A stretch of 64,000 bases of DNA. It comes from an uncultured Caulobacteraceae bacterium (GTDB lineage Bacteria; Pseudomonadota; Alphaproteobacteria; Caulobacterales; Caulobacteraceae). The position numbers and the translations under genes were made by a program. The notes beneath the pieces were generated by a model. It was given only the letters and a program-made list of their open reading frames with translations, was not told the origin of the DNA and made no database searches. Of the stretch, positions 38,652 through 48,113 are shown in pieces; the stretch's first letter is position 1; each line of letters opens with the position of its first letter. The DNA lies in the NCBI GenBank assembly GCA_964243985.1, contig CAXTHJ010000004.1:26066-90065 (forward strand). The letters are read 5' to 3'.

Positions 38652-39829
38652 TTAGCTAACAGGAAGGGTCTTAGACAGTCTCATACTGGCTAATCGCGCA
38701 AGTCCAAAATTTATCAGCCTGTCGCACAATTGTCGAAATGACGGTTCTATGTATGTCGCAACAGCTGCACTGATTATGAGCGCTATGGCAATGCCTGATA
38801 TCCAGGCTTCCAAAGTTGAAGAGCCTAATCGAGTAGCTACATAGATGGTACCAAAAGCCAACACCACATGCATTAAATAGAGTGGGTATGTCATAGAACC
38901 AAGGTATTTTACAATTCCCGTTGCCCTTGAATTTAAATTCCTATGAAGGAAATCATTCCAGCGGAGTGATAGCGCCAACAATATAATAGCCGATATCCAA
39001 ATTACATATGGAACAGTGGGGTTGGTATAAACATGCAAAGTAAGAGCGGAGGCTTTGACAGAAAAATTTATCTCTGCCCACGCGCTCGCCAGTATTATTG
39101 GAAATGTGAATAATTTTCTAAATTTATTTGGCGGTCGATATAGGGACATCCCTGTAGCGAAATATATTCCATGATGTAGGAGGAGCAAGTCCAGCCGGTG
39201 ATTGAAAGGAAGCGCTTCCATTAGGGTTCGTGCAGGGCTCGATTTCGGCAAAAATTCAAAAGCCGCGTAAGCCATCCAAAAACCGCCGCTGGCGATGACT
39301 AAAGCGTCGCGCGTTAAACCAGCCATTCGGGGGCTTCTACCAACACAGATGACGCCTATAACACAATAAAAGGCAATCTCGATCGGGAGCGTCCAATAAA
39401 CACCATCAATCCAAGGGCCAACTGGTGAGATGATCATTGATCCGAGCCAGCCAACAAAAACGCTGGAGGGACGTTCCGCTAAGGTCGGAACACCAACAAA
39501 TAGCAGATGGTTGCGCAAAGCCACACCGTAGGCCAGAGGCGCAGAAATCGCGATCTTAGGTAACTAATTAAAGTTCTACCATCCGATGAAAACGCAATTA
39601 CGTATCCTGAAATAACAAAGAAAATTTCAACGCCAATCCATCCATATTTTGTAAAATAGCCCGTATAAGAGTAAAGTTTGAGTGCTTGAAATCCGTCTAT
39701 TTTGTAGTGACCCGGTGATATCAAACAGAATGCGCCTAAATGAAAGGCGAACACCAAAATTGCGGCAATAAATCGAAGGGCGTCTATGCCAATGATATGA
39801 CGATGGTTCTGCGCCGTTCCGATTTCCAT
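38652..39829 (-). pseudogene. Acyltransferase family 3 (O-acetyltransferase) gene split by a frameshift
   Basis: ORF 39479..39829 carries the family N-terminus (IIGIDALRFIAAILVFAFHL .. WIGVEIFFVISGYVI .. RFLRLWP). ORF 38652..39524, in a different frame, carries the rest (YWTLPIEIAFY .., multiple TM helices). The two overlap at 39479-39524. Confidence 0.75.
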
Positions 39830-40022
39830 TTCACCGCTTCCCCCACCTAGTGCACGCGGTGTCGGCCGACACTGCGTCTATGTGACACTCCGGCCAAAAA
39901 ATCAGGCCGTTTTACTTTAGGCGTAAGTGCGCTTCCGAACTAAGTGTGCTACGCCAAATAGGTGTCGCATGTTTACTTTATACAGAATGCGATTTCCGTC
40001 ACTTGGGCGTCGTGAAATTTTC

Positions 40023-41141
40023 CTATTTATAAGTCGCCACCAAATCCAGCAGCTGAGCAGCGCTCCTCGCCCAAGTGAAGGTGCTGGCGTGCGTTCTGGC
40101 CGCCGCGCCCGCCGCGGCCCGCGCTGCGGGATCGCCGATAAATGGGGCGATGGCGCTGACCCAGGCGTCCGGATCGTGGGCGTCCGCATAGACGGCGGCG
40201 TCGCCGCAGACTTCCGGCAAGGCGCCGCACGGGGCGACCACGGCGGGGCAGCCCAGGATCATGGCTTCCATCGGCGGCAGGCCGAACCCCTCTGTGGTGG
40301 AGGGAAAGGCCAGGCAGGCGGCGTCTTCCAACAGCGCCCGCAAAGCCTCGTCGCTCACCCGGCCCGCGAAGACGGCGTTGGAGGGGCAGGGGTGGCCCGC
40401 AGCCTCAAAGTCCGTCGCCGTCGCGCCGCCCACCAGCACCAGCTTGGCGTCGGCGAGGCGCGGATCGGTGAAGGCCGCCAGCAGCACGCCGATGTTCTTG
40501 TGCGCCTGAGTGGTGGCCACGGCCACGGCATAGCGGCCCGGCCCCAGCTCCAGCCGCTCAGTGGCGCTCTCATCGGCGACGACCCGCAGCATATGGTCGA
40601 CGCCGTTATGGATCACGGTGATCTTGTGAGGGGGCGCCACCCCATATTTCACGAGCATAGCCTTTGAATAGGCGGAAACGGTCAGCACACGCACCGCCCG
40701 ACGGGCCATGACCGGCTGAATGAACTTGTAAAAGGCGACGAAGGCCCTGGAGTAGGACTGGGGAGAGATGTGCACCTGGGCGTCGTGGATCATCAAGACG
40801 CCAGGCCGCCAGACCGGCGCCAGATTGCACAGATTCACCACCAGACGCCCCTGGGCGAAAAGGGGGAGGGAGAGTTGTTCCCAGAGGTAACCCGAAAAGC
40901 GCCCTGCCTGGGCCGAAACGATGCGCTCGAACCGATCCGGTCCAGCCACCCCCGGTGGCGTGGCGAGCGTGACGTTTAAGTCGGGTGCGCCCACGGCGGC
41001 GCTTGAAAGCTGGGCGTCGACAGCCCGCAACAGTTCGCCCGCGACCTTCTGCACGCCTGAGGGGTTCGCGCCCAAAAAACGACCGTTGACGACGATGGTC
41101 CTCCCGAGCCGCGGCGCTTTAGAGGACGCTGTTCGCCTCAC
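40023..41141 (-). CDS. Glycosyltransferase family 4 (GT-B, Glycos_transf_1)
   Basis: IVVNGRFLGANPSGVQKVAGEL at the N-terminus and the EX7E region FPSTTEGFGLPPMEAMILGCPVV. Proposed start is GTG 41141, overlapping the upstream stop (GTGA); the track ORF extends to 41237. Confidence 0.85.
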   Translation of the reverse strand: MRRTASSKAPRLGRTIVVNGRFLGANPSGVQKVAGELLRAVDAQLSSAAVGAPDLNVTLATPPGVAGPDRFERIVSAQAGRFSGYLWEQLSLPLFAQGRLVVNLCNLAPVWRPGVLMIHDAQVHISPQSYSRAFVAFYKFIQPVMARRAVRVLTVSAYSKAMLVKYGVAPPHKITVIHNGVDHMLRVVADESATERLELGPGRYAVAVATTQAHKNIGVLLAAFTDPRLADAKLVLVGGATATDFEAAGHPCPSNAVFAGRVSDEALRALLEDAACLAFPSTTEGFGLPPMEAMILGCPAVVAPCGALPEVCGDAAVYADAHDPDAWVSAIAPFIGDPAARAAAGAAARTHASTFTWARSAAQLLDLVATYK

Positions 41142-42091
41142 CGAATGTCCAAAACTTTGCGCGGATCGGGACGGCCGGCGAACAGGCTGGCGAGCCCGAG
41201 CCAATTGCCCCGCGCACGCCCGCGTCGATCGACCCAAGGCTCGGGCCAGAGCATCTTGGCATGATTGATGATCAGATTTCTCGCCAACAGCCCAGCCGCC
41301 TTGCCGACGCCCATCGTGCCCTTCTGGACCAGATAGACGGGATTGACCACCTGAGAAAAGCCTAGACGCACGCCCGATGTCCGCCCGCGCGTCACGCCCC
41401 GATGCACCCCGGCGAAGGCGTTGGTCTTGACCATTCGCCCGCGCGGCAGCAAGCGAACGGCGAAATCCACATCCTCCTGCCAGCCATAGAGCGGCAGGTT
41501 TTCGTCGAAGCGGACGTCGTCGATGGCTGCGGCGCTGAACACCATGTTGCAGCCGTAGGCGCCGCGGACATCCCGCTCAATCCGGGGCGCGACCGGCGGA
41601 GCCTGATCGAACTTTTTGACAATGGCGAGGGCGCGTGAATAGTCGATGCCTCCCGTTGTCACGCCATCCGCCAACACCCAGCCTGTCGCCCCTACGACAT
41701 CGGGGTGATCACGAAACAGGGTCGTCATTCCCTCAAGCGCGCGGTCACTCGGCAAATAGTCGTCGTCGAAGAAGGCGATAAGGTCGCAATCCTTCTGGAC
41801 CAGATCGATGCCGCGGTTTCGCAGCACGCTCGATCCGCGCGGGCCTGCAACCAATAGAAGATCGATTCCATCGCCGAGTAAAAAGTCGAGGGCTCGGTTT
41901 CGCTGTGCCGGAAGACCCCTGGATCCCATTATGACCTGAACACCCTCGGTCAATCCGGGCGGCAGATCCGCCTCGCTCTCTACAGACAAGACAACCGTCA
42001 CGGGGGGGACGGTTTGCCGGGCCAGCAATTGCAAGAGCTGTCCCACCTCTTCCGGCCGACCCAGGGTAGCGATCACGACGGCGACACGCAT
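41138..42091 (-). CDS. Glycosyltransferase family 2
   Basis: MRVAVVIATLGRPEEVGQLLQLLARQT.. and an acidic FFDDDY motif; GT-A architecture. Confidence 0.85.
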   Translation of the reverse strand: MRVAVVIATLGRPEEVGQLLQLLARQTVPPVTVVLSVESEADLPPGLTEGVQVIMGSRGLPAQRNRALDFLLGDGIDLLLVAGPRGSSVLRNRGIDLVQKDCDLIAFFDDDYLPSDRALEGMTTLFRDHPDVVGATGWVLADGVTTGGIDYSRALAIVKKFDQAPPVAPRIERDVRGAYGCNMVFSAAAIDDVRFDENLPLYGWQEDVDFAVRLLPRGRMVKTNAFAGVHRGVTRGRTSGVRLGFSQVVNPVYLVQKGTMGVGKAAGLLARNLIINHAKMLWPEPWVDRRGRARGNWLGLASLFAGRPDPRKVLDIR

Positions 42092-42106
42092 GTAATGCTG
42101 AAGCCC

Positions 42107-43174
42107 CTAAGATTTCGGCAAGTTGGCGGCGGACGACCCGCGCGACAACTGCAGCAACAGGCGGGAAATCCCGCCGCGCGCCGTTTGCCCCCGCGCTAGG
42201 CCGAACGCCTTACGTACAACCCCTTTTGGGAGGAAAGCCAGGGTGAAGATCCAGCCCATCCAAACGCCGCGCCCAGCCATGCTGATGTTAGGCGCAATCC
42301 AAGCCGCCTGGACGCCCATGGCGAACAAGCCGGCCGCTGTTTCGCCGGACTGATCGAAATTCTGCGGCGCAAATCGAAAGGCCAGCAGAAGGTGCTCCAT
42401 TCTTTGCAGCGTCCTGATCTCGGCGTAAGGCGTGACGGCGATCCCGCGCCGGGCGGCTTCAGCCTCGAACTGTTTCTGCAGCACCCGATCGAACGCCAGC
42501 CAACGCAAAATGGGCGCCATATTCAGGCTGCCGCCCATTTGCGCCCAGGCGTTGGCGCCATGCACCCGATAGGCGCCCAATACAGCACCTATACTACGCA
42601 CATTGCCGAACAGCGGCGCCATCTTATTCAGATAGCCGTCAGGCGAGCGATAGACCTCCTCATGGTCTATGGGCAACAAAGCATCCAGGAACTTAGCCGA
42701 AAAAGCGTTGCCGCTGGACACTGTCCAGGGGTAGACGCCATAACAAATCGCCTGGTCGCGCACCGCTTGGGGGGTGAGATCCGCGGCGAAGTAGGGAAAT
42801 GGCATATTTTGATCTACACCATCTGCGTCTATCGTATCTAGGCGATATTGGAGTTTTACATCGCCTTGCCGCCATTCCCGCAGCACAGTTTCTACACAAT
42901 GGGGGTATAGCACATCGTCGGCGTCGAGAAATATACAAATCTCTCCCTTGGCAAGCGCATAACCCGCGTTCACTGCGGAGACGTGTCCGCCCGCGGGCTT
43001 GAAAACAGTGACAATACGTTCGCCATAGGTGGAGATCATTGCGCTCGAATCGTCGGTGGAACCGTCGTCCACCACAATGACCTCGACGGGTGATGTAGTT
43101 TGCCCCAAAGCACTATCGACAGCATATCGCAAAAACCGCCCATAATTATGATTTATAACGACTATGCTAATCAT
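42107..43174 (-). CDS. Glycosyltransferase family 2
   Basis: ISIVVINHNYGRFLRYAVDSALGQT..VEVIVVDDGSTDDS..FLDADD. Confidence 0.87.
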   Translation of the reverse strand: MISIVVINHNYGRFLRYAVDSALGQTTSPVEVIVVDDGSTDDSSAMISTYGERIVTVFKPAGGHVSAVNAGYALAKGEICIFLDADDVLYPHCVETVLREWRQGDVKLQYRLDTIDADGVDQNMPFPYFAADLTPQAVRDQAICYGVYPWTVSSGNAFSAKFLDALLPIDHEEVYRSPDGYLNKMAPLFGNVRSIGAVLGAYRVHGANAWAQMGGSLNMAPILRWLAFDRVLQKQFEAEAARRGIAVTPYAEIRTLQRMEHLLLAFRFAPQNFDQSGETAAGLFAMGVQAAWIAPNISMAGRGVWMGWIFTLAFLPKGVVRKAFGLARGQTARGGISRLLLQLSRGSSAANLPKS

Positions 43175-43215
43175 AAACCGACGAAACTTCGCTCTAAAAA
43201 TACTTTTAAAAGTTT

Positions 43216-44328
43216 TTAGGCCAAACTGCGTGATATCTCCACATGTATTCTCGCGAACGACTGAGAGTTCAATTCTCCATCTGTCATCCTCAATTGCGCT
43301 AATCGAACCATCTCGGCGCGCAGATGGGCGTCGGCCGCCAAGTCGTCGACCGCCTGGCGCAAGGCGTCAGGAGCGCCGACCTGAACATAGCGCACCTCGC
43401 CATCTGGGAAGTAATCCCTCAGGCCGCCCGTATCTGTGCATATGACGGGCAAGCCCTGCGTCGTCGCCTCCTGAATCACCGTAATGCCCGAAGCGTGCAA
43501 ATTCGGCTTCAGGGGAACGATGACAACATCAGCCCAGCGATAAAGCTCGAACAGTTCTTCGTTGGTCTTGACGCGCATGACCGATGCATTGTCGTTTAGA
43601 TAACCCTTTGGCAAGCGGGTGGTCACGACGCGCAGTTCGTAGGCGCCGCGCCCCATCAGAGCTGCACGTAAGGTCGCCCAATCGCGGTGCGGGTCATTAC
43701 CTATAGATAGCACCCGTGTGGGTTGGTGCGCTTTAGCGGGAACTGGCGTGATCATTCTGTCGGCGTTTATGCCGAAAAACACCCTTTCAACCTGCTTTCC
43801 GATAAAAATTTTGCGGGCCTTATCGGCGTTCATTGCCGAATGAAAGGAAAGAACATCCGCTTTTGAAAACAAGATTTTGTAAACTATTTTTTGAATAGCG
43901 TTTAGCCTATGCCACTTGTCCATAAGCCATACGCTTTGAAGTATCGTCTTTGGAGGATTTGATCTTCCAATGAGCATGATCAGTGCGGCGACGGCTAAGG
44001 ACTGGGATTCAGTGTGTGTCCAGACGACATCTGAAGAAAATATTGCCTGCCTATTTCGCCAGGCGTGGATGAAATCAAATCCGAGCAGAAGCCGTAGGCC
44101 CTGCCTAGCCGCCTTGCCGATGCGCCCCTCTCTGTGGTCCAGAGAATAATTTACGGTGCAGTTGAAGGCCTGCGCGCGGTGGTAGCCGTACGCGAAAGGC
44201 TCGTTGACCCCGATCAGCGCGCCGCTCTTCCAGCGCGCGTTCCAGCGCTCCGCGCCAAAGCCATAGGCCAGGTGCACAAAAGCGCTGACTTTCTTAGATT
44301 CATCCACGGATGCCCCTCCCCGAACCAA
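43216..44328 (-). CDS. Glycosyltransferase, GT-B fold (group 1-like)
   Basis: C-terminal domain WADVVIVPLKPNLHASGITVIQEATTQGLPVICTDTGGLRDYF resembles Glycos_transf_1. Confidence 0.75.
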   Translation of the reverse strand: MVRGGASVDESKKVSAFVHLAYGFGAERWNARWKSGALIGVNEPFAYGYHRAQAFNCTVNYSLDHREGRIGKAARQGLRLLLGFDFIHAWRNRQAIFSSDVVWTHTESQSLAVAALIMLIGRSNPPKTILQSVWLMDKWHRLNAIQKIVYKILFSKADVLSFHSAMNADKARKIFIGKQVERVFFGINADRMITPVPAKAHQPTRVLSIGNDPHRDWATLRAALMGRGAYELRVVTTRLPKGYLNDNASVMRVKTNEELFELYRWADVVIVPLKPNLHASGITVIQEATTQGLPVICTDTGGLRDYFPDGEVRYVQVGAPDALRQAVDDLAADAHLRAEMVRLAQLRMTDGELNSQSFARIHVEISRSLA

Positions 44329-44440
44329 CCATAGGCGTATTTTATCATTCTTAGAGTTGCATTAAACCGGGTTGGATCATAGAGGGAGGGGCGTTTTTTC
44401 ACCCGCTTGAGGCTCAAAAACTATTGTTTTGGCCGCGTTG

Positions 44441-45229
44441 CTATTCTTTAAACGCGACTTCGGTTATTCGCGGTCGTGTTATTAGCTGTATAATAGGCAA
44501 AAGATTTATTTTCCGAAATAATTTAATAAGTCTAAATTTAATGTCAATGATAAAATTGTCTAATTTGGAATTTATAGAATTATAAAATTCCACCTGAGCA
44601 ATGGAGCGTTTCTTTGTTTTGACGTGAAAAATGCCATAATCAACAGTATTTGGAAGCCGCAAGGCGCGGTTTATGCCTTTGAGGCTTTCATGGAGGGGGT
44701 TGACCCACATTATATCGGCGGTATTTCTATATATCCGCAGTTGGTCCTCAGGCGGAGATTTTATTATATCCGCTTGAGAAATATTAATCGTCGATGGGTC
44801 GATGGTCCCATCCGACTCAATGATCTTATTAAAACGCGGTAAGATGCAGCCATCGAGATTTTCACGCTCCATCTGACCCAAAATCTCCGGCAGCCTGCTT
44901 AACAGATGGGGCGCCGGCGACTCATCGGGGTCAAGCACGAAAATGAATTCCCCCTTGCACTGGCTTTTGGTGAAATTGCGTTGTTCAGCAAAATTTCTGT
45001 TCAATGCCCTTTGAAAAAAATTTACGTGTCGCCGCTTGATCGCCCCGACCATGCACGGATTTGAAAAATCATCGACGACGACAACTTCACTGTTTTCGAT
45101 CAAAAAGGGTTCAAGGGAATCCATCAATAAATTGAACTCCAATTCTTCATTGTGGGTCATTATGGCGTAGCTGAGTCTGCAGATTTTCGTCTCAAGCGAC
45201 ATTGCGGAATTCACCCAATATTCATTCAA
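44441..45229 (-). CDS. Glycosyltransferase family 2-like protein (very AT-rich gene)
   Basis: SYAIMTHNEELEFNLLMDSLEPFL..VVVVDDFSNP .. FVLDPDE: GT-A DxD-type layout. AT-rich composition by eye. Confidence 0.65.
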   Translation of the reverse strand: MNEYWVNSAMSLETKICRLSYAIMTHNEELEFNLLMDSLEPFLIENSEVVVVDDFSNPCMVGAIKRRHVNFFQRALNRNFAEQRNFTKSQCKGEFIFVLDPDESPAPHLLSRLPEILGQMERENLDGCILPRFNKIIESDGTIDPSTINISQADIIKSPPEDQLRIYRNTADIMWVNPLHESLKGINRALRLPNTVDYGIFHVKTKKRSIAQVEFYNSINSKLDNFIIDIKFRLIKLFRKINLLPIIQLITRPRITEVAFKE

Positions 45230-45256
45230 ACGAAAATGCTTACAGGATCAATTGTT

Positions 45257-46717
45257 TTAAACTAAAGAACGAAGTATCGTTATGTCGCCAACAAATCTTG
45301 TACGATCGATTGAAGCCAACATTATCACATAAATAACGCCCGAGATGAGCAAAGAAAATGCGTCCCACGCAAGATTTTGGTGTCCAAGTTGCATGAGCGC
45401 AAAGCAAGCTAACCCGGCTAAGCCCGCGCTGGCTAGGGGACCTGCCAATTCTCGCGCGATAACGCGTGGATCGGAGCCTGTCGCTTGTGCGGGGAAAATT
45501 ATATAGGCGCAACCGCCAATCACATTGACGATACCGATCCCTATCGCGACGCCTTGCAGGCCGACCCAAGGGGCGATAGCGACGGCCGCCACGCGGCCAA
45601 TCGCGAACCCCGAAGTGATCCATAACGGCAAAGCGCTGCGCCCATTTGCGTACAGCATGGCGCTGCATTGGCTTCCGATCACCCAAGCGACGTTAGTTGG
45701 CAATACGATTGAAATAAGAGGAGCCGCCATCTGCCAAGAGTGACCCAAGAGCAGTGGAATTAATGTGGAGGAGCAAACCGATATTAATATCGTCGCGGGA
45801 AAAAGAATTAACCCCATGAAGCGGCATGTTTTATAATAGCTCTGCAAAAGCGGCGTCCGTTCTTGGTGCAACGCCTGAACATAAAGGCTCGCCCACGACG
45901 GATTGCCTAAAGAATCGCATAGGAAACGCGAAGCTTGATTTCCAAAGCTGTAGATACCCAATGTTGGCGCCCCGAGAGATCGATTTAGAAGCGCACTTTC
46001 GAAAACCCGGCCCATGAAATCGGCTAGCTTGCTCCCAACCATGGCGCCGCCTACGGCGAAATGGGCCGCCAGGACCCGAAGTTGAAAATGGAATTTTGGC
46101 AAGCGGGGCGCCACCATGTTGATCAGAATCGCTCTCCCCCCGAACGTGCAGAGATACTGAGCGACCAGGCTCCAGACCCCCGCATGATTGATCGCGCAAC
46201 CAAGGCCAACCACCGCGCCGAGCAAATTTGCCGCTAGATCGGCGATCGCGCCAGCGGCGAGCTTTGCGCGGCGGATCAATCGTGCGCCGCCCAAAATGGA
46301 AGACGCCAGGAACAGAAAATTGAGAGAGAGAACAGTCATAACCAGCGGCAACCGCGGCTGGTGCGATATATAGGCTAGGATGAACGACCAGCCGATCACG
46401 ATGCAAGCAAGAACCGCGCAAACGCCGTGTAGGACCCAGAAGGCGGTAGACCAAACGACTTCAGCAGACTCAGGCTCGCGCGCCAGGGAATTGCCGAACC
46501 CCCCGTCCACCAGCATTTGCAAAAACGAGACCGACGGCAGCGCCAAGGCGTAAAGACCGAACTCACCGGGCCCTAGAAACCGCGCCATAAGGGGCAACAT
46601 CGCGAGTTGAGCGGCAATCTTCAAAATACTGCTAATACCCATAGCCCCGGCGCCCAAAGCTAGCCGGCGCCCGGTCAGTGCGACGTGCGGGTCTTTGCCG
46701 GACGAACTTTTGATCAC
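45257..46717 (-). CDS. Oligosaccharide-unit flippase (Wzx / MOP superfamily polysaccharide biosynthesis protein)
   Basis: 486 aa, about 12 or more hydrophobic helices. N-terminal pattern (ILKIAAQLAMLPLMARFLGPGEFGLYALA) is typical of Polysacc_synt family proteins. Confidence 0.8.
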   Translation of the reverse strand: MIKSSSGKDPHVALTGRRLALGAGAMGISSILKIAAQLAMLPLMARFLGPGEFGLYALALPSVSFLQMLVDGGFGNSLAREPESAEVVWSTAFWVLHGVCAVLACIVIGWSFILAYISHQPRLPLVMTVLSLNFLFLASSILGGARLIRRAKLAAGAIADLAANLLGAVVGLGCAINHAGVWSLVAQYLCTFGGRAILINMVAPRLPKFHFQLRVLAAHFAVGGAMVGSKLADFMGRVFESALLNRSLGAPTLGIYSFGNQASRFLCDSLGNPSWASLYVQALHQERTPLLQSYYKTCRFMGLILFPATILISVCSSTLIPLLLGHSWQMAAPLISIVLPTNVAWVIGSQCSAMLYANGRSALPLWITSGFAIGRVAAVAIAPWVGLQGVAIGIGIVNVIGGCAYIIFPAQATGSDPRVIARELAGPLASAGLAGLACFALMQLGHQNLAWDAFSLLISGVIYVIMLASIDRTRFVGDITILRSLV

Positions 46718-46730
46718 TTGGGTTCTCAGT

Positions 46731-48113
46731 CTATTTGAGGGGGCTATTATCGTAAGGGCCGTGGTTGCCGAGCAAGGCCTCCTCTACGACCAGTGTGGTT
46801 TGCCTCGCGGTGGGGAGGTAGTCAAAGCCCCCTTGGCGGCCGATGGAGCAGATGCCGAAATTCTTTAGCACCGCGATGGCTTGAGCGGCTTGCTCTGCGG
46901 CGCCATGGACGTAGACGGGATAAGCATTCTTGAGTTCGTGATAGCCCTCATACCTAAGGTCGCCGATAAACAGGTTCTTTTCCTGCATATCAGCCATGAA
47001 GGCCTCGGCGTCGCGTTTGGCGCGGACGTCGCTCGACTCAGCGGCTGTCATGTCATGGTGATTGACCTCTACGCCGAAATATTCGCGTTGCGCCACCAGA
47101 CCGTAGGCGTCGGACGACATGGTTAGTCGTTTCCAATCGCCGGCGTCGGAAAAATTATAGAGTATATAGGTATCAAACCCTCTCTTACCTTCGAAGCTGA
47201 AGAGCAGTGTGGTAAGAGACAGGGTGGGTAGCGAAAATGCCTGCGGCAAATCACATAAAGCCAAGGCGTTGTGAAGCGGTATAGTTGATACTATTTCATT
47301 TGCTTCAATATCGCCCTCAGAGGTCGAGAGCACGAAATTATTGCTCGTGCGGCGAATGCGCTGGAGGTCTTGCCCTAAACGAATTACGCCGCCCGCCTTT
47401 TCGATCCGATCGATCGCTGCCGTGTAGAGATAGGCAAACCCTTGCTGAGGCCGAACGAAGGATTGGGTTGTGTTCCAGGGGTCCTTGTAGCCCATCAACC
47501 GCGCGAGCCGCTTTTTTAATGAGGCGGCGTCAGAAATCCACCCCATTCGTTTTTCGGCGAAATTGATATCGATTTGATCGGCCGGCACGCCGTAGAAGCG
47601 CCGGATATAGTTTTCGACTCCTGTGATCGCGGCCAGCCGCTTACCAATCCAAAAATGCAGAAAATCCGCGGCGTTGCGTTTCGAGCGCCGTGTGAGCCGA
47701 CCCAACAGCAAAGACATCCCAATGCGCCACCACGCCAAAGGGCCGGCCGCCAGAATTTCGGCGCCTGGCGAGATTGGATAAGCGTGGATTGAACCGGCCG
47801 GCGTCACCCGACTGATGGTCGGCGATATGTTCGTGTACAGAGATATTAGATCGGGGAAGTGCCTCAAGAAAGGCGAGTCGTCTTGGAAAATGAATGTGCC
47901 GATGTCGAAGCTATAGTCGCCAACCTTCACATCGATATGATTTCCCCCGACATCTTGATAAGTGTCAACGATGATGACTGACTTAAACCCCCTTTCAATC
48001 AACAGAGACGCCGCGACGAGCCCGCTGACTCCTGCGCCAAGCACGATCGCATCATATTTGCCGTTGGATCCCTCGATATCGTTCAATATCTTGATCCCTT
48101 CACCGCGGTCCAT
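46731..48113 (-). CDS. FAD/NAD(P)-binding oxidoreductase (amine-oxidase / UDP-galactopyranose-mutase-like fold)
   Basis: Dinucleotide-binding motif YDAIVLGAGVSGLVAASLL..VIIVDTYQDVGGN at the N-terminus. Located inside the glycan cluster. Confidence 0.72.
   Translation of the reverse strand: MDRGEGIKILNDIEGSNGKYDAIVLGAGVSGLVAASLLIERGFKSVIIVDTYQDVGGNHIDVKVGDYSFDIGTFIFQDDSPFLRHFPDLISLYTNISPTISRVTPAGSIHAYPISPGAEILAAGPLAWWRIGMSLLLGRLTRRSKRNAADFLHFWIGKRLAAITGVENYIRRFYGVPADQIDINFAEKRMGWISDAASLKKRLARLMGYKDPWNTTQSFVRPQQGFAYLYTAAIDRIEKAGGVIRLGQDLQRIRRTSNNFVLSTSEGDIEANEIVSTIPLHNALALCDLPQAFSLPTLSLTTLLFSFEGKRGFDTYILYNFSDAGDWKRLTMSSDAYGLVAQREYFGVEVNHHDMTAAESSDVRAKRDAEAFMADMQEKNLFIGDLRYEGYHELKNAYPVYVHGAAEQAAQAIAVLKNFGICSIGRQGGFDYLPTARQTTLVVEEALLGNHGPYDNSPLK

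Noticed and set aside
45240-46454. Alternative-frame ORFs inside the flippase gene (45240..45686, 45831..46454)
   Set aside because: They share the strand with the 486-aa polytopic Wzx-like ORF but are out of frame. Their products are Arg-rich and non-membrane-like.
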